A stretch of DNA of 61,667 nt from an uncultured Candidatus Saccharibacteria bacterium (GTDB lineage Bacteria; Patescibacteriota; Saccharimonadia; Saccharimonadales; Saccharimonadaceae). Shown here piece after piece: positions 49,981 to 59,684 of the stretch. The position numbers and the translations under genes were made by a program. The DNA is taken from assembly GCA_963536065.1 (NCBI GenBank), contig CAUSYU010000001.1, positions 1 through 61,667 of the forward strand, read 5' to 3'. Numbering within the stretch: the stretch's first letter is position 1; the number at the start of each line of letters is the position of its first letter. The notes under the pieces were generated by a model. It worked only from the letters and a program-made list of their open reading frames with translations. It searched no databases and had not been told where the DNA came from.

Positions 49981-51504
49981 ATGAATACAGATCGATACAT
50001 CCAAAAGATCGGTACGCTCATTGCGGAAAATCGTCAACGAAAAAATCTGACGCAGGCCCAATTAGCTGATGCTTTGGGAACGTCTCAGAGTGCAATCAAT
50101 CGTATTGAAAGCGGCAAGCAGAACCTTAGTCTTGAAATGTTGTCGCGCATCTCGGAGGTATTGAGCCATAATATCATGCTGCTTAACAAAACCGGCAAGA
50201 TCAATTTCCGCGTCTCGGGTGGACACAAACTGTCCGGTAGCATCGACGTCAAAACGAGTAAAAATGCCGCCGTGGCTTTGCTGTGCGCTAGCTTACTCAA
50301 CAAAGGTAAAACGACATTGCGGCGGGTGTCGCGCATCGAAGAAGTTAACCGCATCATCGAAGTGCTTAATTCCATCGGTGTCAAAACGAGGTGGCTCGAA
50401 GGCAACGACTTGGAGATCACGCCGCCAGCTCGGCTGAGGCTAGAAGACATGGATATCGCTGCCGCCAAGCGTACTCGCACTGTGCTAATGTTTCTCGGTC
50501 CGTTACTTCATCAGTACCATGACTTTCGGTTGCCATTTGCCGGTGGCTGTAATCTCGGTAAGCGCACCGTAGAGCCTCATCTGTCGGGTCTGAAGCATTT
50601 TGGGATGCAAGTTGAGGCGGAACCAGACAGCTATCATGCGACAGTTAACGTCACGACGGGTGATCACACTATTGTCCTGACTGAACGTGGTGACACGGTG
50701 ACTGAAAACCTCATCATGGCAGCGGCATTGTCACCAACCAAGACCATCATCCGCAACGCCAGCCCAAACTACATGGTGCAGGACGTTTGTTTCTACTTGG
50801 AAAAATTAGGCGTGAAGATAGAAGGCATCGGCACTACTACGTTGACCATCACCGGTAAAAAATCGATCAACCAAGCCGTTGAATACGCACCGTCTGAGGA
50901 CCCGATTGAGGCTATGAGCTTCATCGCGGCAGCCGTGGTGACTGATTCGGAGATTACGGTGCGCCGAGCGCCAATTGAGTTTTTGGAAATTGAGCTAGCA
51001 ACCTTGGCTGAAATGGGCTTGCGGTACGAGTTGAGCGAGGAATACCCAGCCGACAATGGCCGCACTCGTTTGGTGGACATCGCGCTGAAACACTCCAAGC
51101 TGGTTGCGCCAAAAGACAAAATTCACGCATTGCCATTTCCAGGGATTAACATGGATAATTTGCCGTTCTTAGGGCTCATCGCTACCATGGCTGAGGGTAG
51201 GACCTTGGTACATGACTGGAGCTATGAAAATCGAGCGATTTATTTCACTGAACTAAGCAAGTTAAACGCGCACATTGAGCTGGTCGATCCGCACCGAGTA
51301 TATATCAGCGGTCCGACCAATTGGAAACCAGCCGACGTCATCGCGCCGCCGGCGCTTCGACCAAGCGTTGTCGTCTTTTTGGCGATGTTGGCGGCACCAG
51401 GCCAATCAACCTTGCGCGACGTGTACTCCATCAACCGTGGTTACGAAGATCTGGCTCAGCGCCTGAACCGTTTGGGTGCGCAAGTTGAAGTCATCAACGA
51501 ATAA
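49981..51504 (+). CDS. murA: XRE-HTH fused to UDP-N-acetylglucosamine 1-carboxyvinyltransferase
   Basis: LTQAQLADALGTSQSAINRIESG HTH; SKNAA, GGCNLGKR catalytic Cys loop, RGYEDL. Confidence 0.9.
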   Translation: MNTDRYIQKIGTLIAENRQRKNLTQAQLADALGTSQSAINRIESGKQNLSLEMLSRISEVLSHNIMLLNKTGKINFRVSGGHKLSGSIDVKTSKNAAVALLCASLLNKGKTTLRRVSRIEEVNRIIEVLNSIGVKTRWLEGNDLEITPPARLRLEDMDIAAAKRTRTVLMFLGPLLHQYHDFRLPFAGGCNLGKRTVEPHLSGLKHFGMQVEAEPDSYHATVNVTTGDHTIVLTERGDTVTENLIMAAALSPTKTIIRNASPNYMVQDVCFYLEKLGVKIEGIGTTTLTITGKKSINQAVEYAPSEDPIEAMSFIAAAVVTDSEITVRRAPIEFLEIELATLAEMGLRYELSEEYPADNGRTRLVDIALKHSKLVAPKDKIHALPFPGINMDNLPFLGLIATMAEGRTLVHDWSYENRAIYFTELSKLNAHIELVDPHRVYISGPTNWKPADVIAPPALRPSVVVFLAMLAAPGQSTLRDVYSINRGYEDLAQRLNRLGAQVEVINE

Positions 51505-51506
51505 CA

Positions 51507-53264
51507 TCACCGCTTTGGGAACAAAAAGTGGAGATAGTCTTTTATCATGCGCGCGCCAGAGATGATCGGCAGGTACGCTTTGAGCTGGCGATGAGTTAAT
51601 TTTTCCAGCAGTGAATCATTTTGCATGATGCGTGCGGCTTTGTGCATGTTGAGATACAGTGAACGAACTTCTTCGTCGTAGTTTTTGCCACTAACTTCTA
51701 GGCAGGCGATTGGCTTGATGTCCGCCACGCCACCGTCGCTGGTGGAAATGAGCAATTTGAGATTGGCGATATCTTTTTCCCATGAGGTACCGCAAGCCTC
51801 CCAGCCAACTTCCGGCACGTTGATGGCGATGTTTGAGCCAACTGCCAGGGCACGCCCCAGCTCTTCATCATAATCTTGGATGTAGTGAACCCGCTCTTTT
51901 AAGATTGGGTCGGTGTCTACCAATTGTAAAATTTCAAGCAATCGTTGATACATCACGGTGTCACCTTGGTGAACTTTTCCTGCCAAGATGTAGTGTGCAT
52001 TATAATCCACTAAAATCTGTCGCAGGGCTTTCGGGTTGGTAAACGGCATATATGGTCGCTTGTAGTTGGCAAAGCGCCGTTTAAAGTCAAATAGCAATGC
52101 ATTTTCTGGTATTTGTACAGGGTGATTGTACTGGTCTTTACGGTGTTCTAGCACACGGTTTAAGGCGGCACGCCCAGCGCGGTGCATGGCACGGAGGTCT
52201 GACGCGGTCAAGGTATCGATCTTGGCATGAAAATTATCTGTTGGCAGTCCAAATTTATCGATAATCCCGCTCTCGCTGTAGAGTTGCATGATTTCTGGTA
52301 GCACCCATGTCTCGAGGTCGATGCCGTTGGTAATGGCATGAAATTTGACCTTGTCGTTGTTGCGGTCGCGGAAATTTGCCACGCGGGCGTGCAATTTGCT
52401 GACGCCATTTTTGGCTTCGGTCAGCTCAATTGCCAGCAGGTTCGGTCGCAAACGGTCGTTCCGAAATTGCTCCATCAGCCAGCAGCGCACGGCGTTGCTT
52501 TTGAGATTTGGCAGCACTAACTTCTCAAACTGTGAGCGGTGGAATTCTGGTTCAGCTGCTTGGAGCAGCGTGTGGTTGGTATAGAGTGTGTGTTTGCGTA
52601 CGTAAACGATTGCTTCATACAGATTCATGCCGTTGGCGCATAATTCATCCAGTCGAGCCAATGCCGCAAAAATGGTTGCGGTTTCGTTGAGTTGGATGAC
52701 GGCTGGCTTGATGCCGAGTAATTTCAGAGCTTTATAGCCGCCAAACCCGAGCGCGACTTCTTGGTATAGCCGGTGATCGCCCGAGCCTTCACCTTCGTAC
52801 AATTGTCCAAAATTTGGCTCTGAGATGGTGACAAACTGAGTCGAGCCAAGCGTCTTTTTGAATATGCTCAAGCTAGCATCGGGAAAACCACGTGAACTGA
52901 TGGACACGTCGTCAACGTACTCAAAACCATAGTCTTGTGGTGAGACGGTTTCTGAAAATTCTTCCTGCGCTAGGTTGGTAATTTTTTGGTGTGATTCGCT
53001 GCGGTAAAATGGCGTGACTACCACAAACGGCACGTCTAATTTTTCGGCCACTCGCCGTGTGTCTGCTGCCAGTACGCCCAAACCACCACCACCTTTGATG
53101 CCATTGGCTTTGTCGTAAATTTCCATCGTCCAGTAGATGTACGGCCTGGAGTCAGACAGTTGATGAGTCAGACTACTGCGCTCAATGATGTCATAAAATT
53201 CAGAGGCATCTTCGATGTCGTGTGGTCGGTATTTTGGTTTCTCTGTGTAAAAATATGGATCCAT
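51507..53264 (-). CDS. glgP: Alpha-glucan (glycogen) phosphorylase, shortened
   Basis: GGLGVLAAD, RLYQE, NGVSKLH, ITNGI, RRFANYKR, EACGTSWEK. Confidence 0.88.
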   Translation of the reverse strand: MDPYFYTEKPKYRPHDIEDASEFYDIIERSSLTHQLSDSRPYIYWTMEIYDKANGIKGGGGLGVLAADTRRVAEKLDVPFVVVTPFYRSESHQKITNLAQEEFSETVSPQDYGFEYVDDVSISSRGFPDASLSIFKKTLGSTQFVTISEPNFGQLYEGEGSGDHRLYQEVALGFGGYKALKLLGIKPAVIQLNETATIFAALARLDELCANGMNLYEAIVYVRKHTLYTNHTLLQAAEPEFHRSQFEKLVLPNLKSNAVRCWLMEQFRNDRLRPNLLAIELTEAKNGVSKLHARVANFRDRNNDKVKFHAITNGIDLETWVLPEIMQLYSESGIIDKFGLPTDNFHAKIDTLTASDLRAMHRAGRAALNRVLEHRKDQYNHPVQIPENALLFDFKRRFANYKRPYMPFTNPKALRQILVDYNAHYILAGKVHQGDTVMYQRLLEILQLVDTDPILKERVHYIQDYDEELGRALAVGSNIAINVPEVGWEACGTSWEKDIANLKLLISTSDGGVADIKPIACLEVSGKNYDEEVRSLYLNMHKAARIMQNDSLLEKLTHRQLKAYLPIISGARMIKDYLHFLFPKR

Positions 53265-53297
53265 GATGCCCTTTATGGATGGGAATTATCGTAACTT

Positions 53298-53372
53298 TGG
53301 TGCGGGTGCGGAGAATCGAACTCCGATCTCAAGTTTGGAAAACTTGCATACTAACCGCTGTACTACACCCGC
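53298..53372 (-). tRNA. tRNA-Gly(TCC)
   Basis: Reverse complement GCGGGTG...CAAGT-TT TCC AA-ACTTG...CACCCGC-ACCA. Confidence 0.94.
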
Positions 53373-53415
53373 AAGCTTGTATGATTATAGCAGAAAGATG
53401 CTATAATGTGAATAC

Positions 53416-53492
53416 GCCCTGATAGCTCAGCTGGATAGAGCAGAGGACTTCTAAGCCTAAGGTCGTAGGTTCGAATCCTACTCGGGGCGCCA
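53416..53492 (+). tRNA. tRNA-Arg(TCT), anticodon stem has two mismatches
   Basis: GCCCTGA/TCGGGGC acceptor, GAGGA-CT TCT AA-GCCTA, CCA. Confidence 0.88.
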
Positions 53493-53512
53493 TAGGATTA
53501 CGAGTATCAAAT

Positions 53513-53935
53513 ATGGATGCGAGTCGAAAACCACGCATGTCTCGAGAACTGATGATGAGACTATCTGATCCTCGACGAGGGTCGATTGACGGTTTTACGG
53601 CGTACGGACACACAGGACGAAGCATCAACAGAAAACATCGGCCAAATTCAGACCGCCAATATATCAATAATTACCAAAGCTCTGCCATGGCTAGCTGCCA
53701 TGGGCATGTGCGTCGCTTTGGTATGGAATTAGGGGTTGTCGCTTCGGGGCATGATCATAAATCCAAGCAGTCGACAGAGCAGAATCTTTCAAACAGAAAA
53801 CCGCATACTACCAAGACTAAAACAGATAGGCTGAATCGGCAATCTTCAAACGCCAATGCTCGCCCGATGGAACTCAACAGACCAAGGTCATCATTTCACG
53901 AACCACCTTCCCGTCGGTATAATCCGTACGCATAA
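53513..53935 (+). CDS. Hypothetical basic, probably disordered protein
   Basis: 140-aa R/S/N-rich ORF filling the gap between tRNAs, followed by a hairpin. Confidence 0.5.
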   Translation: MDASRKPRMSRELMMRLSDPRRGSIDGFTAYGHTGRSINRKHRPNSDRQYINNYQSSAMASCHGHVRRFGMELGVVASGHDHKSKQSTEQNLSNRKPHTTKTKTDRLNRQSSNANARPMELNRPRSSFHEPPSRRYNPYA

Positions 53936-53970
53936 GGCAAAATAAAATCCTCACGCGTGTGAGGTTATTT

Positions 53971-54047
53971 TGGAGGGCCAGGAGGGGCTCGAACCCTCGA
54001 CACCCTGCTTAAGAGGCAGGTGCTCTAACCAGCTGAGCTACTGGCCC
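53971..54047 (-). tRNA. tRNA-Lys(CTT)
   Basis: Reverse complement GGGCCAG...CCTGC-CT CTT AA-GCAGG...CTGGCCC-TCCA. Confidence 0.96.
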
Positions 54048-54089
54048 ATGTGTGTGATTTTAGCACATATTATGCCACAAATCAATGCT

Positions 54090-54167
54090 TGGGGCGAATG
54101 ATGGGGGTCGAACCCACGGCCTCCGGAGCCACAATCCAGCGCTCTAACCAACTGAGCTACATCCGCC
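54090..54167 (-). tRNA. tRNA-His(GTG) with encoded G-1
   Basis: Reverse complement G-GCGGATG...CTGGA-TT GTG GC-TCCGG...CATTCGC-CCCA. Confidence 0.95.
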
Positions 54168-54240
54168 ATGCGCAAGCTTCTAGCATTATACCATAGCTGA
54201 TACCTGTACTCAAGCAGACTCATTTGGTAGAATGATAGAG

Positions 54241-55050
54241 ATGAAAATACTCACTGGTACAGATTTGGCAAGTTTTATCAAAGAGCGTCAAGCTAAGCAA
54301 GTCCGGGCACTGCGTCAAGCCTGGCATATTCAGCCGCGTCTGGCAATTGTCACCAATACTGACAATCCAGTGATTGAAACATATATGCGTTTGAAGCGTA
54401 ACTATGGCGCGGATATTCTGATCGATACAGAGATTCATCATGTAGAAGATGTACTGGAAACGGTTCAGCAGCTGAATGCGCGAGAAGATGTACAGGGGAT
54501 CATTGTCCAATTGCCGTTGAAGGATCCAACTCAGACGGACGAAATATTGGCTGCGGTTGCGCCAGAAAAAGACGTTGACGGGCTGAATCCTCGTTCGTCG
54601 TTTGAAGCGGCAACGCCAACGGCTATCAATTGGTTGTTGTCAGGTCATGGCATTGATTTGTCGAAAAAGCGCATCGCTGTGGTTGGACATGGTCGACTGG
54701 TGGGCGCGCCATTGGCGGACATGTGGCGTCGGTCTGGTTTGGAGCCGGTGGTATTTGACATGGGAGATGATCTGGCAGAGTTGGTGAACTTTGAGGTAAT
54801 CGTCACCGCTACGGGCAGTCCCGGTATTATTTCGTCTGACATGGTGCAGCCTGGTGCCATCGTGGTAGATGCAGGCACCGCGTCTGACAAGGGTAAAATA
54901 GTTGGCGATGTTGCCAAAGAAGTGCGTGACCGGCAGGACGTGTCGATTACGCCCGAAAAAGGCGGCGTTGGACCGCTAACAGTGGCAGCGTTGTTTGATA
55001 ATTTGATCAATGCTTGCCTGGCGATTGCCAATCAGCAAAAACAGAATTAG
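54241..55050 (+). CDS. folD: Methylenetetrahydrofolate dehydrogenase/cyclohydrolase
   Basis: GIIVQLPL, EKDVDG, GRLVGAP, ITPEKGGVGPLTVAAL. Confidence 0.95.
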   Translation: MKILTGTDLASFIKERQAKQVRALRQAWHIQPRLAIVTNTDNPVIETYMRLKRNYGADILIDTEIHHVEDVLETVQQLNAREDVQGIIVQLPLKDPTQTDEILAAVAPEKDVDGLNPRSSFEAATPTAINWLLSGHGIDLSKKRIAVVGHGRLVGAPLADMWRRSGLEPVVFDMGDDLAELVNFEVIVTATGSPGIISSDMVQPGAIVVDAGTASDKGKIVGDVAKEVRDRQDVSITPEKGGVGPLTVAALFDNLINACLAIANQQKQN

Positions 55051-55055
55051 CCAGC

Positions 55056-55421
55056 CTAGCCGATAACGTCTTTGACTTTGCTGACTACTTGGCGTGGTGT
55101 CAAGTTCGCTTTGACGATGTAGCTGTGAATGTTGAGATCTCGCAGTTCATCGGGCGCTTCTTCTTCGCTCAGGTTAGTTAGGACGATGACTGGCACAGTT
55201 TCACCCCACGTGTGCGAACGAATTTTTTTCAAGGCAGTCAATCCGTCCATTTCTGGCATTTGTAAATCAAGCAAAATGATATCTGGGGTAAATTTCTCAA
55301 CTAATTCGACGCCCACTTTGCCATCGGCTGCGAGTCGTACATCAAAATCATCAGCCTCAAATTTCATGCGGTACATCTGGCTAATAGCTGGATCATCTTC
55401 GATAATGGCAATTTTCTTCAT
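55056..55421 (-). CDS. Single-domain response regulator
   Basis: IIEDD, LLDLQMPEMDG, VLTN, YIVK. Confidence 0.92.
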   Translation of the reverse strand: MKKIAIIEDDPAISQMYRMKFEADDFDVRLAADGKVGVELVEKFTPDIILLDLQMPEMDGLTALKKIRSHTWGETVPVIVLTNLSEEEAPDELRDLNIHSYIVKANLTPRQVVSKVKDVIG

Positions 55422-55480
55422 AGGCTCATTATAGCATAGATATCTGGACGAGAAGGCCTAAATCGCTTATATTTATATGC

Positions 55481-56773
55481 ATGGATAGAGACTATGGGCA
55501 ATCTCTGAAAAAAGCGACTCATGTTTTGAAAACCAGTCGCATGCGCAAGCAAGAATTTTTTGCTGAGATGGGCATGTTGTTACTACGCAGCACTGATTTG
55601 GACGTATTTTTGAAGCGCATGAAATGTTTTTTGCGGCGGTCATTTCAGGCGGAGTCCGTGACGCTAGCGGTGAAAATTGGTGACAATTTTAGACTAGAAA
55701 GCACCAGCAAACGAGTCCTTCCGGCGATTGACGTGGCACGATTGACAAAGCATATTCATCGGCATTATCGCTACAACGAAGTGGTGCTCGTCAAAGATTT
55801 GGCGGATGAATCATTGCAGCAAAGTTTGGCGATGTACCACATTGAAGTCATCCTGCCGCTAGCCATGGACCACGAATGTGTTGGTTGTGTGTTGTTTGGC
55901 AGACGAGCCAAGCGCTACACGCGGCGAGATATTTCCCTCCTGGAAACCATGAGTGGCGAATTGGTGGTGGCAGTCAAAAACTCGCTCGCCATGGCTGAAG
56001 TGCGGCAGCTTAACGAGACGTTGCAACAGAAAATCATCGATGCAACGAGGGAACTCAGGATTAGCAACCGCCAACTACAACGACTGGATGCCGCCAAAGA
56101 CGAATTCATCTCCATGGCGTCACACCAGCTGCGAACCCCACTGACCAGCATCAAGGGCTATTTGGACATGATGCTGGAGGGCGACCTGGGGCCGATCAAC
56201 GCGACGCAACGCACCGTATTGACCGAAGCTTTTGGTTCAAGTGAGAGAATGGTGCAGCTCATCGGCGACTTTTTGAGTGTGTCCAGGCTGCAAACGGGCA
56301 AATTCGTCATCAACCGTCAAGCAACTGACTTGGTGCAGCTGGTTAAGGATGAGGTCGCATTCCTCAAGACCATGTCTAAACAGCGACATGTCAAAATAGC
56401 AGTGGACATTGATAAAGACCTCCCGCAACCCATGGTGGATGGTGAAAAACTGCGACAGGTGATGATGAACATGATTGAAAATGCGCTGTACTATTCAAAA
56501 CCCGACACGACCATCAAAGTAAAGCTGACCAGAGATGGTGGCGATGTGGTATTTACCGTCAAAGACACTGGCATCGGCGTTCCTAACGCGGAGCAAGCAA
56601 ATTTGTTCAGTAAGTTTTTCCGCGGCTCAAACGCTCGCAAAAAACGCCCAGATGGTACGGGAATCGGGCTGTTTTTGGCGCGTAAAGTTGTCCTGGCGCA
56701 CGGCGGTCAGATGGTATTTGAATCAAAAGAGAGTAAAGGCAGTACCTTTGGGTTTCGTCTGCCGGTAAAGTAG
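55481..56773 (+). CDS. Cytoplasmic GAF-like sensor histidine kinase
   Basis: SHQLRTPLT H-box, NMIENALYY, DTGIG, GTGIGL; no clear TM. Confidence 0.92.
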   Translation: MDRDYGQSLKKATHVLKTSRMRKQEFFAEMGMLLLRSTDLDVFLKRMKCFLRRSFQAESVTLAVKIGDNFRLESTSKRVLPAIDVARLTKHIHRHYRYNEVVLVKDLADESLQQSLAMYHIEVILPLAMDHECVGCVLFGRRAKRYTRRDISLLETMSGELVVAVKNSLAMAEVRQLNETLQQKIIDATRELRISNRQLQRLDAAKDEFISMASHQLRTPLTSIKGYLDMMLEGDLGPINATQRTVLTEAFGSSERMVQLIGDFLSVSRLQTGKFVINRQATDLVQLVKDEVAFLKTMSKQRHVKIAVDIDKDLPQPMVDGEKLRQVMMNMIENALYYSKPDTTIKVKLTRDGGDVVFTVKDTGIGVPNAEQANLFSKFFRGSNARKKRPDGTGIGLFLARKVVLAHGGQMVFESKESKGSTFGFRLPVK

Positions 56774-56779
56774 GTGGTG

Positions 56780-56992
56780 TCAGAATAAGCTCATGACGCC
56801 CGAAACAATGATGATGAGCGCAACGATGATGATGGCGACAGTACGCGCAATGCTGAGTTGTCGTTGGTGATCATGACGCCACTGACCAAACCGTGAGCGG
56901 TTGACCGCACTAACGCGGGTAATTGATGGCCGTTTGGTGGCGGCGTCCACGCCAGTGTACTTTTTGTTGCGTTTCTTCTTTTGCTTTGCCAT
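56780..56992 (-). CDS. Small basic protein with C-terminal TM
   Basis: MAKQKKKRNKKYTG...; TATAAT 7 nt upstream of ATG 56992. Confidence 0.7.
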   Translation of the reverse strand: MAKQKKKRNKKYTGVDAATKRPSITRVSAVNRSRFGQWRHDHQRQLSIARTVAIIIVALIIIVSGVMSLF

Positions 56993-57096
56993 GGATATTA
57001 TTATATAAGAAACGACACCAAATGAGAAATAAAGCGGAAAATTGCGCCAGTCACTTGTAGACAACTGACTGATAATTTGCTATAATTCGTGACGTT

Positions 57097-57171
57097 GGCC
57101 TTATCGTCTAACGGTTAGGACACCAGGTTTTCATCCTGGCAATCCGGGTTCGATTCCCGGTAAGGTCACCA
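57097..57171 (+). tRNA. tRNA-Glu(TTC)
   Basis: GGCCTTA/TAAGGTC acceptor, CCAGG-TT TTC AT-CCTGG, CCA. Confidence 0.96.
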
Positions 57172-57188
57172 CAGAGAATTATCAAAAT

Positions 57189-57215
57189 ATAGGCAGCTTT
57201 AGCTGTCTATTTTTT
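57189..57215 (+). terminator. Intrinsic terminator after tRNA-Glu
   Basis: ATAGGCAGC-ttta-GCTGTCTAT-TTTTT. Confidence 0.8.
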
Positions 57216-57279
57216 CGTTGTATGCTGCTTGTGGTTGGGTTACAATGAAAGCATGAGGATAAGACTGTTGGAGGATCTA

Positions 57280-57978
57280 ATGTCCAAGAAGCGCAACCGG
57301 AAAAAGAACAAGCAATATAGATTATTACTGTTCCTAGGTGGCTTGACAGTATTGTTTATTGTTGTCTTGGCTGGTTTATATATTCGAAATGAAAATAGAT
57401 TAGCTGGTGTTCAAGGTAAGATGTCAGAGTATTTAAAAGGTAAATATCATGAGGATTTTAAGGTAGAGGGGCCTGAATATAAAAACGGAGGATTTGGGGT
57501 TAGCGGCTCGTGGAAATCTCATGCTTATCCTATTTCAAACCCTCAACTAAGATTTTATATAGGGTGCGTAGAGGAATGTAACGATGAATATTTGGATTTG
57601 TATTTTTCAAGACAAGAATATAATCGACTACAATCGTCTATGAAAGCCATAGGAGTGACAGACTATTCAATACGGTTGATTATTAAGGATGAAGTTTTAA
57701 GTGAAATCACAAAAAGCAGTAGTTTGGGCGATATAAAACGAAGATATGATCCTATATATAAGTTGAGCATTAAGATAGTCGAAGCAGACAATAGAGATGA
57801 TATTACAAATAAAGTAGCATCTATAATTGAAGAGATATATAGCCAAGGAGTATCTAAAGTAACCATAGATTACACTCTTGTTACCAGGGATAGGAGAGTC
57901 TATACATGTGTGGCTGGCTATGATGTAGTTCCGCAACTAAATTATGGAATTATAAAACAGTGTTTAAAGGAGAGCTAG
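57280..57978 (+). CDS. Membrane-anchored hypothetical protein, paralogue 1
   Basis: Basic N-terminus + TM; YLKGKYHEDFKVEGPEYKNGGFGVSGSW; GGAGG RBS. Confidence 0.8.
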   Translation: MSKKRNRKKNKQYRLLLFLGGLTVLFIVVLAGLYIRNENRLAGVQGKMSEYLKGKYHEDFKVEGPEYKNGGFGVSGSWKSHAYPISNPQLRFYIGCVEECNDEYLDLYFSRQEYNRLQSSMKAIGVTDYSIRLIIKDEVLSEITKSSSLGDIKRRYDPIYKLSIKIVEADNRDDITNKVASIIEEIYSQGVSKVTIDYTLVTRDRRVYTCVAGYDVVPQLNYGIIKQCLKES

Positions 57979-58082
57979 TGTGGTATTAGATACTCTAGAA
58001 CATCTGACACTAATTTCAAAGCAATTACTGACCTCAGAGTTACTTTTACAGATAAGACCACTAGCATGCTGTATCGTGTCTA

Positions 58083-58160
58083 TGCTTAAGATAAAATCAT
58101 AAATAACTAAGCAATAAGGGAGCTGCATTGTATGACGAAGGGTAAAAGCAAAAGAACGAA
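58083..58160 (+). repeat. Direct repeat of the leader and start of paralogue 3 (copy at about 59636-59710); encodes only MTKGKSKRTKKRA*
   Basis: TGCTTAAGAnAAAATCATAAATAACTAnGCAATAAGGGG(A)GCTGCATTGTATGACGAAGGGTAAAAGCAAAAG at both sites. Confidence 0.85.
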
Positions 58161-58255
58161 AAAACGCGCGTAAATAAAAAACCTGGAGAACTTCCAACTA
58201 TTTCTAGATATCCAAGTAGATTGAACTGTCCAGTATAACGTAATAGAATAAGCTT

Positions 58256-58693
58256 ATGGTAAGCAATAACCGTTTTTCCAAAGATAAAAAGTTGATTAAG
58301 CTTGTGGCTATTGTGCTAGTTTGCGTAGCTATATGTTTTACCGCTGGAATCGTAACAATCCTATATCTACAGCAGCACACTCCTCGCCCTAATAATACTA
58401 TTTCCGATATTAATACTGGCCTCGATACTAATAGTAGACCTTGGTCAACTAAGGATGAGTTCTATGAGAAGATGAGCGATGTCCAGATCGGCATGGATAG
58501 AGACATAGTCGAGGAGCTTATCGGCAAACCAGACCTATGTGGTAGAAAGATGTATAACGGTAAACATGAACTACAGCATTGTGGCTATGACTTAGGAGAT
58601 CCTAAGGCGTATCAAGAAATAATTTATATGAATGGGACAGTATGGGGTATTGCCTCAGTAATCGGATCCATTGATCAGCTGAATAGCCTCTGA
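58256..58693 (+). CDS. Membrane-anchored hypothetical protein with SmpA/BLIP-like motif
   Basis: TM followed by VQIGMDRDIVEELIGKP. Confidence 0.65.
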   Translation: MVSNNRFSKDKKLIKLVAIVLVCVAICFTAGIVTILYLQQHTPRPNNTISDINTGLDTNSRPWSTKDEFYEKMSDVQIGMDRDIVEELIGKPDLCGRKMYNGKHELQHCGYDLGDPKAYQEIIYMNGTVWGIASVIGSIDQLNSL

Positions 58694-58867
58694 GGTTTTG
58701 ATTCATCAGATATTTAGCTTTCTGCCCTCAAGAGAGGAGCTAACCCTCTCTGCTCCTGGAAGGTGAAACTTCACAACCTATAACCTAGGATTGTATAGCA
58801 GCGCTCTCTTGTGTATGGGTCGTGCTTAAACTAAAATAATAAATAATCTATAAAGTAACCGGAGGGG

Positions 58868-59599
58868 GTGATGGCAAAAAAAGTCAGTAAGACAAAGAAG
58901 CATAAAGTATACACATTATCAATAGTCCTTTGTAGCCTGATTGTGCTGGCTGTTGCTATAGCGATTGTCTTACATATCAAAAATGAAAATAAAATATCCA
59001 ATGCCCAGAATGGGATGTCAGAGTATCTGAAAAATAAATATAAAGAAGACTTTAAGGTCGAAAGACCTGAGTATAAACACGGAGGTTTTGGGGTCAACGG
59101 TATATGGATGTCGCAAGCATACCTAGTGTCAAACCCAAAACTAAAATTTGACATCGATTGCAGCTATTTGAACCCCTCTGACTGTAGCGACCAATACATC
59201 GCCGCCATCTGGTCAGTCCAAGCCAGCAGGGAGTTAGAATCTATCATCAAAGAAGTTAACGCTAATAGCAATGGCTATAAAGCAGATAGTGCACGGGCAG
59301 AAATTGTCTTATCTGAAGATTTGGTAGATTCTGTGAATAAACAATCTAAATATGAAGACAATAAAACCAAGGACAAAGGCTTCCTGTATAGATTAATAAT
59401 AGACGCTCCGAATGACAGCCAAAAGGCCTCTTATATATTTAAAATTGTAGAGAAGCTGCGAGAAGAGGGTGTGTATAGTGTAGATGTAGATGTAAATAGA
59501 AATAATAACTCGAAAATAAGATGCGAAATATTTTTTAATAAAAATAAATTGGGCAGTAAAGACGATATAGAGTCGTGCATTGTTAAGATGGGAGAATAA
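58868..59599 (+). CDS. Membrane-anchored hypothetical protein, paralogue 2
   Basis: YLKNKYKEDFKVERPEYKHGGFGVNGIW; GGAGGG RBS. Confidence 0.8.
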   Translation: MMAKKVSKTKKHKVYTLSIVLCSLIVLAVAIAIVLHIKNENKISNAQNGMSEYLKNKYKEDFKVERPEYKHGGFGVNGIWMSQAYLVSNPKLKFDIDCSYLNPSDCSDQYIAAIWSVQASRELESIIKEVNANSNGYKADSARAEIVLSEDLVDSVNKQSKYEDNKTKDKGFLYRLIIDAPNDSQKASYIFKIVEKLREEGVYSVDVDVNRNNNSKIRCEIFFNKNKLGSKDDIESCIVKMGE

Positions 59600-59684
59600 T
59601 ACGTCATGAAATACACTAGTGCTGTACTACGCTCATGCTTAAGAGAAAATCATAAATAACTAGGCAATAAGGGGGCTGCATTGT

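Noticed and set aside
55056..56773. Divergent receiver-only regulator and TM-less kinase as a novel system
   Set aside because: Ordinary two-component architecture with nothing distinctive visible.
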